A stretch of 64,000 nucleotides of DNA from a virus (IMGVR_UViG_3300027710_000022:11076-75075); one strand, 5' to 3'; numbered from the stretch's first letter, positions 30,465 through 39,616 are shown. Program-made: numbers and translations. Notes: a model not told the origin generated them from the sequence alone.

Positions 30465-31673
30465 ATGGTTTATCAAACAAGAAATATAGTTACAGAATCC
30501 GAAAGAAATAGAATTAGTTCAATACACGGATTTGTACCAAAAAAACGTGATTATATATTTGAAGCATGTATCACGGTTGATGGAAGATACTTTGTTATAC
30601 AAGACGAAGTGTTTGATATACAAGAACAAAAAACAATAGGAAACGTTTGGGGTTCATTGGATGTTTTTAAAACAATTTTTGAGAGTGTTAAATTAGAAGA
30701 TGAGGGTTATTCACAAATTAGAGAAAACGTCCTTTCTTTACCAATATTAGAATCACAACAAAACCTTTATGGTTTAAGGGACATATTACTTGAATTTAAT
30801 TTTTTACAAGATACGTGGTTAGGTAGACAATTTAAAAGTGCTGGAGATAGTGTTGCCGATTTTGCAAAAACATCATATGAAGGTGTAAAGAAATTTGGAC
30901 TTGCAGTATCTCAAGGGGATTGGATGGGTATTTTAAAATTATTAGGTCAAGGTGTTAAATACGTTTTAAGAAAATTAAAAGATGCCTTATATAGTAATCT
31001 AGGTATGATTGTAGATGCGGTTTTAATTGCAACAGGTGTTGGTGCAGGAGCGACAAAAATTGCTTGGGGATTGGTTGTAGCTTTAGACCTTTATCAATTA
31101 ATAAGTGATGATTGGCCAGAAGAAGAAAAAAATGATCCGTTTTGGTTAAAATGTTTATTCTTAGGTTTTGATATATTAGGATTTACAACTGCAGCCGCGG
31201 CTGCTAAAGCGGCTAAAGCGGGAATTATGCCAATTAAAACACTTGTAAGTAATCCAGCAAAAATTGCACAATATTTTGAAAAGAACCCAAAGGTTAAAGG
31301 AATGATAACCTCAATGGTTGACGGAATAAAACAAGTGCCAGCCTTATTACAATCGGTAATGAAGACACTTTCGGCTAAATTTCCTAAAGGTGCAAGTTTT
31401 ATTAACGGTGTTTTAGGTGGATTAAAAACAATATCAACAAGATTCACCGAAAGTTTACAGAGATTGTTAGGACAAAAAGCGGGTACAGGAGCATCTGCTG
31501 GTGCGAAGACCACTGGTATACTTTACGGTTTTGAGAAAGCAATCGGTGGACACGAAACTAAAGGTGCGACTATGGCTACTAATAGTGCTGCTAATGGTAT
31601 GGACCCTATGGTATCGAACCAATATGCTGAATTAGTTAGAACTAAATATAATGGTAAAGATCCATGGGATTAA
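30465..31673 (+). CDS. Probable virion/ejection protein with hydrophobic helices
   Basis: 402 aa with Gly/Ala-rich hydrophobic stretches; TATTTATA at 30441-30448. Confidence 0.6.
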   Translation: MVYQTRNIVTESERNRISSIHGFVPKKRDYIFEACITVDGRYFVIQDEVFDIQEQKTIGNVWGSLDVFKTIFESVKLEDEGYSQIRENVLSLPILESQQNLYGLRDILLEFNFLQDTWLGRQFKSAGDSVADFAKTSYEGVKKFGLAVSQGDWMGILKLLGQGVKYVLRKLKDALYSNLGMIVDAVLIATGVGAGATKIAWGLVVALDLYQLISDDWPEEEKNDPFWLKCLFLGFDILGFTTAAAAAKAAKAGIMPIKTLVSNPAKIAQYFEKNPKVKGMITSMVDGIKQVPALLQSVMKTLSAKFPKGASFINGVLGGLKTISTRFTESLQRLLGQKAGTGASAGAKTTGILYGFEKAIGGHETKGATMATNSAANGMDPMVSNQYAELVRTKYNGKDPWD

Positions 31674-31695
31674 ATTTAAAATTTAAAATTTATAT

Positions 31696-33516
31696 ATGAA
31701 AGATAATACAAACCCAATTGACAGAATTAAATTAATGATGTCATATGATAATGAAAAAACTTTAAATGAAAATTTAAATGTTTTAAACTTAATAAGTGAA
31801 GATGAGTCAACTGAGGTTGGGGAACAATTCAGGAAAGAAGTTGCAAGTAGATTTAAAAATACCGCTACAGGTGCTAAGGAAACCGCTATAATTTCTGCAA
31901 TGGGTAAAGAATTTAAATTGGCAGATAATGTTATTGCAACAGCATTAACAAAAGACCTTACTCAATTAACTAAAGAACTTGAAGATGCGATAAAGTTGGA
32001 TTTGAAAAATGGAGTAAGAGTATCAACAACAAATACATTGGGGCCAGCAGCGAAAGAAGCCTCTAAATTAAAGGCAATGAAAGAAATGTCATTAAAAAGT
32101 AGTGAATTAAAGGCATCAGGAAAAAATATAACAACTAAAGAAATTGATGATATAGTTTTAAGAGCACAAACGGAATCTAAAGAGATGGCTAGAAAATTAG
32201 AAACTGGTGTTGTTAGTAAAGAAGGAAAAAAAGCTGCCAATCAAACAAAGAAAATTGCGGATTTAGAAGCAAAGATTAAACAATTAGAAACAGTTAAAAC
32301 ACCTCAACAAGCGGAAGCAGCAATTAAAAATGAGGTTAACATTACTATGACTCAGGGAGGTGCCGCAGGAACACACGCTGAAATGCAAGCAATTAAAGAA
32401 ATGGCACCGGAAGCTAAAGTGGTTGCTCAAGAATCCAAAGCAATAGTTGAAACAATGAAACCATCTAAATGGGAAAAATTCAAAAAAATTGCAGGTAGAT
32501 TAAGTCCAAAATATTGGATTATGTTAGGTTTAGCTGGTGTAGGTGGTTGGTATCTTTGGAAATTTTTTAAAGGTGGAACAACAAAACCAGGAGATCAATT
32601 ATTTGGTAAATGTTTAGATGATGTTATAGACGATAACGGAACAACGATTGTAAATACATCGGGTGGAGATCCAGTGGTACAGGTTAAAAATACAGGTAAT
32701 ACGGAATATGATCAAAAGGGTGGATTATGGTTTTACAACAATGGTAGAGTGTGGATGGTTGATGGGACTAAAAAAGGTAGATGGTCATGTAAAGGTAAAG
32801 AAACAGTAATTGCAGAACAAGGAGACGGTAATCCAAATACAGGTATTGGTAACATTAATATTACTTGGGATGGTGAATCGAGTCCGGTAACAACAGAACC
32901 GATAAAAACGGAACCAGTAAAAACGGATAATCCAAAATATCACGATTGTGCTTCAAAAGATTTTCCGTTTGAATTTGGATGTATTTCACCAAAAATTGCG
33001 GAAATACAAAAATGTTTAGGTATAACACCACAAAAAGGTTATTTTGGACCTAAGACTAAAAAAGGTTTAGAAGATTTACAATATAATTTATCAGGTGGTA
33101 TTACTAAAGAAACATATGATAAGATTATATCAGCTTGTAACCCAACAACTGGTTCTACAACTGGTACAACTACAGGGTCTACAACAGGTTCTACCACTTC
33201 AGTAACGGGTACAACTACAGGTTCTACAACTGGTAATACAACAACCGCACCAATAACACCTCCAGCAGTACCTGCTGAACCTGTATACGATAGAAACAGA
33301 TTACAAGAATTATTGGCTAGTAAAAATTTAGTTAAAAAACGTAATGGTGTTATTGTTAAATGGAAAGGTCCTGAATTAGAAGGTAACGACTATTACATCT
33401 TAGATAAATATTTGAAAGACCAAGGTTATATTCAAAAGAAACAAAGAGAAACTGGTGATAGAGACGATGAAGATGTAACAATGAAATATAAGTGGAAATT
33501 ACAAGGAGAAGAATAG
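31696..33516 (+). CDS. Probable virion protein with a TM helix, PG-binding-like motif and Thr/Gly/Ser-rich linker
   Basis: IDRIKLMMSY...LNE start; WIMLGLAGVGGWYLW; IQKCLGI...GYFGPKT; TTGSTTGTTTGSTT repeats. Confidence 0.65.
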   Translation: MKDNTNPIDRIKLMMSYDNEKTLNENLNVLNLISEDESTEVGEQFRKEVASRFKNTATGAKETAIISAMGKEFKLADNVIATALTKDLTQLTKELEDAIKLDLKNGVRVSTTNTLGPAAKEASKLKAMKEMSLKSSELKASGKNITTKEIDDIVLRAQTESKEMARKLETGVVSKEGKKAANQTKKIADLEAKIKQLETVKTPQQAEAAIKNEVNITMTQGGAAGTHAEMQAIKEMAPEAKVVAQESKAIVETMKPSKWEKFKKIAGRLSPKYWIMLGLAGVGGWYLWKFFKGGTTKPGDQLFGKCLDDVIDDNGTTIVNTSGGDPVVQVKNTGNTEYDQKGGLWFYNNGRVWMVDGTKKGRWSCKGKETVIAEQGDGNPNTGIGNINITWDGESSPVTTEPIKTEPVKTDNPKYHDCASKDFPFEFGCISPKIAEIQKCLGITPQKGYFGPKTKKGLEDLQYNLSGGITKETYDKIISACNPTTGSTTGTTTGSTTGSTTSVTGTTTGSTTGNTTTAPITPPAVPAEPVYDRNRLQELLASKNLVKKRNGVIVKWKGPELEGNDYYILDKYLKDQGYIQKKQRETGDRDDEDVTMKYKWKLQGEE

Positions 33517-33517
33517 T

Positions 33518-34162
33518 ATGAAAGATATTAAAAAAATAGTAAGTGAAAACCTCTCAAAGAAGCATTCTATAAACGAATCCTTTGAGAGGATTTTTCTAAA
33601 TGAAAATGATGAAGATAAATTCGGTTTAACCATACAATATTTGGGTAAATTGATAGATGAGGGATATGACAATGAACAAATAGAAAATGTAGTAAACGAA
33701 CAATTTGATTGGTTAAAAAAACTATTCACCCCAAATAAACAAAATCCACAAGATGCATCTACAAGAAGTGGTATTTTAGATAAAGTAGGTGGTGGAGCCA
33801 TTTCACAATTTAAAGAATATGCAATAACGACATTATTAAACCTAATAGGGTTTAAAGGTCCATTAGTGAGTGCAATGGCAACTGCAATGAGTGAAATGAC
33901 ATTAAGTGATTTAATTGCTGTCTTTAGAGATAAACAAAGTTGTTCATATCATGGTAGTACTGTTGCAGATGCATTATCAGAATCATTAGTGGTATATATT
34001 ATTTCATCAAGTACTGAAGAAGATTCAATGGCGGCAAATTTCTTAAGAAATACAGTATTTGAATACATAAAATCAAGTCAATTTGGTGAAATGTTAGCAA
34101 ATGCTGTTTGTAATGTTGCATACAAAACAAAATCAAGAATTATTTCAAACATTAATGAATAA
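33518..34162 (+). CDS. Hypothetical protein
   Basis: 214-aa ORF; MKDIKKIVSENL start. Confidence 0.7.
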   Translation: MKDIKKIVSENLSKKHSINESFERIFLNENDEDKFGLTIQYLGKLIDEGYDNEQIENVVNEQFDWLKKLFTPNKQNPQDASTRSGILDKVGGGAISQFKEYAITTLLNLIGFKGPLVSAMATAMSEMTLSDLIAVFRDKQSCSYHGSTVADALSESLVVYIISSSTEEDSMAANFLRNTVFEYIKSSQFGEMLANAVCNVAYKTKSRIISNINE

Positions 34163-34320
34163 TAAGATATTTATATGTAGAGTTTAATTGGTTTGGTCGC
34201 CATTAAACGATAATACTTATAAAACGAAAAGGAGGTGTTCTAAATCTCGACAAAGGGTCTTCGGACCTTTTGCTCGTTTATATGGGTACCAAATAAAAAA
34301 CCCATCCGAAGATGGGTTTA

Positions 34321-34730
34321 TGGTGGAGGTGACGGGACTCGAACCCGTGTCTTTCCTGTTCAACAATAAATGACTACACGTTTATTCAATTAGTTCACAA
34401 CTGACAAATATTTGGTTCCTATTTTGACATCGTTACCAACAACTGTGTCGAGTTCACTTTTGTTACGGTAGTCCTCTGAACGAGACCGTTTGTTTCTTTT
34501 TGGGTAGAAACCACACCTTAAGTACTTCTGTTCCTAGGTTATATGTACGTCGACCCGATTGTAGTTTCGCCTTAGGCTACTGCTACGTTAGAAGTTGCAA
34601 GAATACCTGCTACTTCCATGTTGTTGTAAACGTTGCCGTCTAAAATTTTCCACCGTAGATTTAAGTCATAGATGAAGTCTGACTACGTGCCACTTACCCC
34701 TGATACCTGAAATCAATGCCAGGCACCCCC
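34321..34730 (-). ncRNA. ssrA: tmRNA
   Basis: 5' GGGGGTG pairs with 3' CACCTCC-A-CCA including the G3.U70 Ala determinant; T-arm CGGG-TTCGAGT-CCCG; internal tag frame 34637-34572 (GNVYNNMEVAGILATSNVAVA*) after TTAGAC. Confidence 0.92.
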
Positions 34731-34749
34731 ATATTTTAAAGAACTTATA

Positions 34750-34781
34750 CAAATGTAGATGAAAAAGGGTTAAAAAACAAA
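34750..34781 (-). promoter_or_regulatory. Bacteroidota sigma70-type promoter for tmRNA
   Basis: TTTG (34778-81), N20, TACATTTG (34750-57) on the minus strand. Confidence 0.75.
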
Positions 34782-34814
34782 TTTTAACCCTTAAATTCCT
34801 ATATGTGTAATTAT

Positions 34815-35117
34815 TTATTTCTTAGCAGATGGTTTTCTTCCTTTACGAGCTTGATTTCCTTTAGTTGCGGTTACAACATCCTTAGATTGTTTAACAACTT
34901 TTTTTGCTGCTTCAACAACATCTTTAGATTCCTCAACCACTCTTTTTGCTCTTTCTTTAACTACTTTAGCAACTTCTTTAACTTCTGCTAGTTTTTCTTC
35001 AACCGCATCTGGAATGTTATTACCATCTTTGTCTTCGATTTTACCTGATTTCATTAGGAAAAATACTACAGCTCCAGCTACAACCAAAGCCAATAAAATT
35101 AAAAGTACTGTCATCAT
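34815..35117 (-). CDS. Small membrane-anchored Lys/Val-rich protein
   Basis: N-terminal TM helix, DKDGNNIPD motif, basic tail; TATTTATA at 35134-35141. Confidence 0.65.
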   Translation of the reverse strand: MMTVLLILLALVVAGAVVFFLMKSGKIEDKDGNNIPDAVEEKLAEVKEVAKVVKERAKRVVEESKDVVEAAKKVVKQSKDVVTATKGNQARKGRKPSAKK

Positions 35118-35153
35118 AATTGTTTGTTTTATATATAAATATCCGTTATTGTG

Positions 35154-35843
35154 CTAAAATCGATTAACCCTTAAAGGGAAGTGTTTCTCATATAATGCTT
35201 CAAAAAACAACTTATTTTTCTCCCATTGTTTATTAGTCATACCAATAGATTTGTGTGTTACCATTATTTTAGTGGTAACCCCAACTTTAATTCCATCTAA
35301 ATGGTTGTCAACACAAAATGGTAAATCATAAAAATGAAACCCTGTAAATTCTTCATTAAACTTATGTTTAATTCTACCTTTATGAACCATAATAAACAAT
35401 CCATCAACAATTACCACTTCTTTTGGTTTGTCACCAAATGATTGTTTTGAATAGTGATTTACATGTCTTTTACCTTCATGTTCATGACCCACAACACCAT
35501 ACATAGATTCTCTATCTTGCCACCACATTCCACTCATTAAGTTATCAGTACCTGCCAATCCTAAAATTCCATATTCAGGATTTTCTTCAAAAAGTCTAAC
35601 AACTTTTGGTGTAATGTTGGAAGTTTCTAAAATAAGATCATCATGCATAAACACAACAATATCATGTTCAGAATCTTGTAATCCTGTGTTATATATTTTA
35701 GGTAGAGAATCCACACCATCATTCTCATAAATTAATATTTGAGTTTTAGGGTGTGAAAACATTTTCTCAACGTGTTTTAAATAGACATCATCAATTTTAC
35801 GTGTTGAGATGACGACACTTATTGGTTCATTATATTTCGACAT
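35154..35843 (-). CDS. Glycosyltransferase family 2-like protein
   Basis: IYNTGL...IVVFMHDD...GILGLAG...VDGLFIMV...FHFYDLPFC. Confidence 0.8.
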   Translation of the reverse strand: MSKYNEPISVVISTRKIDDVYLKHVEKMFSHPKTQILIYENDGVDSLPKIYNTGLQDSEHDIVVFMHDDLILETSNITPKVVRLFEENPEYGILGLAGTDNLMSGMWWQDRESMYGVVGHEHEGKRHVNHYSKQSFGDKPKEVVIVDGLFIMVHKGRIKHKFNEEFTGFHFYDLPFCVDNHLDGIKVGVTTKIMVTHKSIGMTNKQWEKNKLFFEALYEKHFPLRVNRF

Positions 35844-36579
35844 GTGTTGCGATTATTTCACCATAAACTTCTTGAAGGTCTATGATTATTGGTTTATTAA
35901 TTGGACTATATCCAGGATTACATATTGACGCATTTACAAATAATGTTTTATTACCGATCTCAACACCGTAACCTTCGTGAATATGACCAAATACACTTAC
36001 TAATGGATTTATTTCTTCTATTCTATTTCGTAACAACTCACAACCAACATTCGTATTTGGTTGTCGCCAATTATTAACTAAATCTCCATATCCATTTGGT
36101 GGTCCGTGTGTAATTAACACGTCGGTATCGGTTGGGATGTTATTCCATTTTTCTAACAACTCTTCACCCATTCTCGGTAAATTAAAAGCCCAATCATAAA
36201 ACCATGGTTGCCAAGGACTACCATAAAATTTAATAGGTCTTGAAAATTCATCACTTTCAATTGTTATAAAACTATCCTCTAAATAAGTTACATCAGATTG
36301 AGATAAATTTTCGGGTGACATTAAATTATGTAACCAATCATAATCACCTTTATGGTGAGGTTGATTAACTCTTTCAAAACAATGGTCGTGATTACCTGAT
36401 ATGAATATTTTTTCATCAAATCCTTTAATGTTTTGAAACCAATGAATAAATTCGGTAACATCCCTTTCTCCACCTCGATTAGAAATATCACCCGCATGTA
36501 TTAGCACATCACCAGATGGTATTTCGTGGGCCATACCACTATGTAAACTATGTGTGTCAGATATACAAACGATTCTCAT
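35830..36579 (-). CDS. Calcineurin-like metallophosphoesterase
   Basis: CISDTH, HAGDIS, SGNHD, THGPP, FGHIHEG motifs. Confidence 0.92.
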   Translation of the reverse strand: MRIVCISDTHSLHSGMAHEIPSGDVLIHAGDISNRGGERDVTEFIHWFQNIKGFDEKIFISGNHDHCFERVNQPHHKGDYDWLHNLMSPENLSQSDVTYLEDSFITIESDEFSRPIKFYGSPWQPWFYDWAFNLPRMGEELLEKWNNIPTDTDVLITHGPPNGYGDLVNNWRQPNTNVGCELLRNRIEEINPLVSVFGHIHEGYGVEIGNKTLFVNASICNPGYSPINKPIIIDLQEVYGEIIATHVEI

Positions 36580-36613
36580 AATATCAAATATAAGTAAAAT
36601 TTATTAAAATGCA

Positions 36614-36640
36614 TAAAAAAAGTCAGAATAAATCTGACTA
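36614..36640 (-). terminator. Intrinsic terminator closing the large ncRNA unit
   Basis: Minus strand AGTCAGA-TTTAT-TCTGACT followed by a T-tract. Confidence 0.75.
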
Positions 36641-36649
36641 ATTTTTTTT

Positions 36650-37513
36650 GGGCCGAACGGTTTTAAAACGTTCCAATTCCACCACTTTGTTTTACTAAAC
36701 AAAGAAAAAAAACACTGAGAATACATGTTTTAACAATTGACTTGGGGACATTATTTGATTCTTCCCTTTTCCACTACCTTTTGAGTAGTACCAATCAGCG
36801 GCGGTCAATTAGATTAACCAATCCTTAAGTCGTTATATACTCTTTTAATACTCATTACTCATCAAAGATGCCTCCCTGATTCAACCTTGCGGGTTTAGAG
36901 AACTTTTTTAAAAATCACATTGGGCTTGAGACCCTTTGTGGCCGTGAACCCCTCACGACTATGTAGCCACCTGTCTACAACGACTGACGAACACTTTTTC
37001 TTGTATGATTTTAAGTTGTTAAACCAAAATTAACAAAATTTAGTTTCCGAATTTGGGAAAGTAGTGGTTCGTCGACCAGCCAAGCCACCTTTTGAGCGAC
37101 TCGATACTAAACTACTCTCTGTAACATCCCTGCTACCATATTTTTGGACCCCTTCAAAACTAAACTCTTGGTAGAGTTTAATAAAGGATGATAACGACAC
37201 CACTCGTACTTCACCATACCTTTCGGTTTTAAGATTCCCATCATATTGAATCACGCAATTGTAAAGTCGGATAACGATACTTCTCACAATAACTCTATGG
37301 ATTATTCTTATTGGTGTTCCCACCTCAACCAAACAACTCGGATTGCTTGGTCGTCAAACCACTTTCCCTAAAGTGTTACCCTCAGTACTTAAGGTTTAAC
37401 GATACTCCACTTGCCTACTCGAGATCCATTACTGAATCCGCAACTCACCCCAACCAAGGGTTTGTCACTTTATCCCACTTTCATGGTTTATTTTAATCGA
37501 CCATAGGCGGCCA
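36650..37513 (-). ncRNA. Large (~860 nt) structured ncRNA, GOLLD-like candidate
   Basis: No credible ORF; own promoter and terminator; ends pair (GGCCG/CGGCC); many hairpins including GNRA loops and two identical UCAAAAG loops; next to a tRNA array. The family assignment is inference. Confidence 0.75.
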
Positions 37514-37551
37514 ATATTTTTAAATCAAAGAACTATTTCTTGTTTCTTTTA

Positions 37552-37582
37552 CAAAGATAAGAAAACTTTTTTAAAAAACAAA
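37552..37582 (-). promoter_or_regulatory. Bacteroidota sigma70-type promoter for the large ncRNA
   Basis: TTTG (37579-82), N19, TATCTTTG (37552-59); AGTTCTTTGA at 37525-34 just downstream. Confidence 0.75.
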
Positions 37583-37589
37583 ATATTTT

Positions 37590-37823
37590 TTAATTATTTT
37601 CTACTTTATTTTTTTTCAATGTTTTTTTAGAAGATACTTTCTCAGTTGTCTTCTTTGTCTTGTACTCAGGATTTTTATAAAGTTTATATTCGGTCTTTGG
37701 TGCAAATGACCAATAACCACCCTTAACTCTTAAATCCGCTTCATTGTCATCTACTCTCAGTACCTCACCAATTTCATGACCCTTACTTGCTTTAATTAAT
37801 TTAATACATTTCATATTTTCCAT
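37590..37823 (-). CDS. Small basic hypothetical protein
   Basis: 77-aa ORF. Confidence 0.6.
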   Translation of the reverse strand: MENMKCIKLIKASKGHEIGEVLRVDDNEADLRVKGGYWSFAPKTEYKLYKNPEYKTKKTTEKVSSKKTLKKNKVENN

Positions 37824-37864
37824 GTTTATAATAAAATATAAGAAATAAAAACCATAAAAAAAAA

Positions 37865-38692
37865 TTAAAGTACATTTCTTTTAAATTCCTTATTAACTAA
37901 ATTTGGTTCATCGTCATAACCAAAGAAGATACATTCTTTTTTAAACATTTCACATACGGTCAAATACTCATTAAGTGTAATTTCATCATAATAGTAATTC
38001 GGATTTTTTGAATGGTGATATCCTGACAAAGAATCCTTAAAATAGGTATAGAAAACCATAAATGAATTATTCATACCGTTTGGAAAATCTTTTAAAAAAT
38101 AAAATGGTTTTATATAGGGTTTATTTAATATGCCAAAATTTTTTAAATTACTTTCACTTAATAAATTGTTATTAATTTTTACAATATCATTAATATCCTC
38201 TATTCTAAAAAATCTATAATTATAATTTTCAAAACGTTTATCATATTCTTTTCTAAAATTAAAATTTAAATTTGATATAATTTCATTACCCAATGGGTCA
38301 TTTAGAAAAAAAGAACTTTGTGGTAAAAAATGAGTATCATTTGAACTTTCAATAAAAGAGTTATATTTTTGAATAAATTTTGATAAGGAGTCTATCTCAA
38401 GATCCTCAAATGTTTTTAACGACTCTTCTGTTCGTTCTAACTCTTTTTTTGTTAGTTTATTTAACATATTAAGGTCATATAATCTTTTCAACTTTACATA
38501 CCAATCGTATGACGAAAAAAATCTATCGATAGGGTTTCTTATAAATAAGAAACAATTTTTTTCTAATTCTTCATTAACAAAATTAAACTCGATTGAATTT
38601 AATTGTAATATATCTGATAAAGTTGAGTAAATTATTGTATTTCCAGATTTATGGGGGATAATAAAACTTGTATTATATTCAGGTACATTCAT
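37865..38692 (-). CDS. Sulfotransferase family 2-like protein
   Basis: PHKSGNT (5'-PSB-like), FLFIRNPIDRFFSSY (3'-PB-like), HFLPQ, terminal FFGY. Confidence 0.7.
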   Translation of the reverse strand: MNVPEYNTSFIIPHKSGNTIIYSTLSDILQLNSIEFNFVNEELEKNCFLFIRNPIDRFFSSYDWYVKLKRLYDLNMLNKLTKKELERTEESLKTFEDLEIDSLSKFIQKYNSFIESSNDTHFLPQSSFFLNDPLGNEIISNLNFNFRKEYDKRFENYNYRFFRIEDINDIVKINNNLLSESNLKNFGILNKPYIKPFYFLKDFPNGMNNSFMVFYTYFKDSLSGYHHSKNPNYYYDEITLNEYLTVCEMFKKECIFFGYDDEPNLVNKEFKRNVL

Positions 38693-38735
38693 ATGTGTAT
38701 TATAAATACCATTAGGTTAACAAGAACAATTTTTG

Positions 38736-38886
38736 CTGTAGTGGGTGGGTTCGAACCACCAAGTGGAGATTCAACCGATAACATGACGCTTGCAAGCTGG
38801 TGGTCTACCCCCTAATATTATCAATCTGTTTCTTTGTCCACACCCCCGAGACAGGAGGGTACGTTTGCCAATTTCGTCACACTACA
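38736..38886 (-). tRNA. tRNA-Asp(GTC)-like RNA with an 82-nt extended variable region
   Basis: Acceptor TGTAGTG/CACTACA, G73, D-arm ACG/CGT, anticodon arm CCCTC-CTGTCTC-GGGGG, T-arm GGTGG-TTCGAAC-CCACC. Confidence 0.65.
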
Positions 38887-39079
38887 ATATAACACCCTTT
38901 TATCAGCCGAAGCCTCACATAACCTTAGTGTGGAACCACAGGTAGGTGTCATGAATGATTACCACTGAGAATGTAGATTTTCACTAACTCGATTTAGCGG
39001 TCTCTATGGTAATTTTTTTGATGGATGAAAAACATCTATTTTTCTTGCGGATTTCCATCGGAATCCCATAATTTAAAAG

Positions 39080-39153
39080 TGGACCAGATAGGAATCGAAC
39101 CTATTACCTTCACATTATGAGTGTGCCGCTCTAACCGAGTGAGCTACAAGTCC
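39080..39153 (-). tRNA. tRNA-Met or Ile2 (CAT)
   Basis: Cloverleaf with loop CT-CAT-AA; elongator Met versus lysidine Ile2 cannot be resolved by eye. Confidence 0.85.
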
Positions 39154-39224
39154 AATTAATAGGTGGGGCTTAATTATTTAACTCTTTACCACCATTAAGT
39201 CTTTAATGCTTTAGACACCTATCG

Positions 39225-39298
39225 TGATCCCGTTTGGATTCGAACCAAAGACCCACATCTTAGAAGGATGTTGCTCTATCCAACTGAGCTACGGAACC
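39225..39298 (-). tRNA. tRNA-Arg(TCT)
   Basis: GGTTCCG/CGGGATC acceptor; ACATC-CT TCT AA-GATGT. Confidence 0.92.
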
Positions 39299-39414
39299 AA
39301 AGTAATGTAATGTCTGTACGGTTTGTATCTAATCCACACCTTTGTACGTGTTTCAAAAGTTTCCATTTCATACGTAGCGTCTGTTCCGTCACTTATTTCT
39401 AAGTCATTACATTG

Positions 39415-39499
39415 TACCTGGGGCGGGACTTGAACCCGCACGGGACTTTCGCCCCAACAGATTTTAAGTCTGTCATGTATACCATTTCATCACCCAGGC
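39415..39499 (-). tRNA. tRNA-Leu(TAA)
   Basis: GCCTGGG/CCCAGGT; ACAGA-CT TAA AA-TCTGT; long variable arm with a GAAA loop. Confidence 0.92.
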
Positions 39500-39616
39500 A
39501 TTTGTTTTTCCAATACATCAAAGAACTATAATCAAATATAAGAATAAAAAATGATATAAAAAAACCCCGAACATTTTTTTTAGTTTGTTCGGGGGAATTA
39601 ACTGAACTAAAAATGT

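Noticed and set aside
37030-37496. ORFs 37030..37332 (-) and 37311..37496 (+)
   Set aside because: Non-ATG or weak starts, atypical composition for this genome, and they lie inside a densely base-paired region; likely spurious.
36650-37513. Large RNA as a group I/II intron, RNase P RNA or rRNA fragment
   Set aside because: No group II domain V or GUGYG start, no group I P7/J8-7 signature, no RNase P GAGGAAAGUC/P4 motif, no interrupted host gene, and no rRNA-like sequence recognised.
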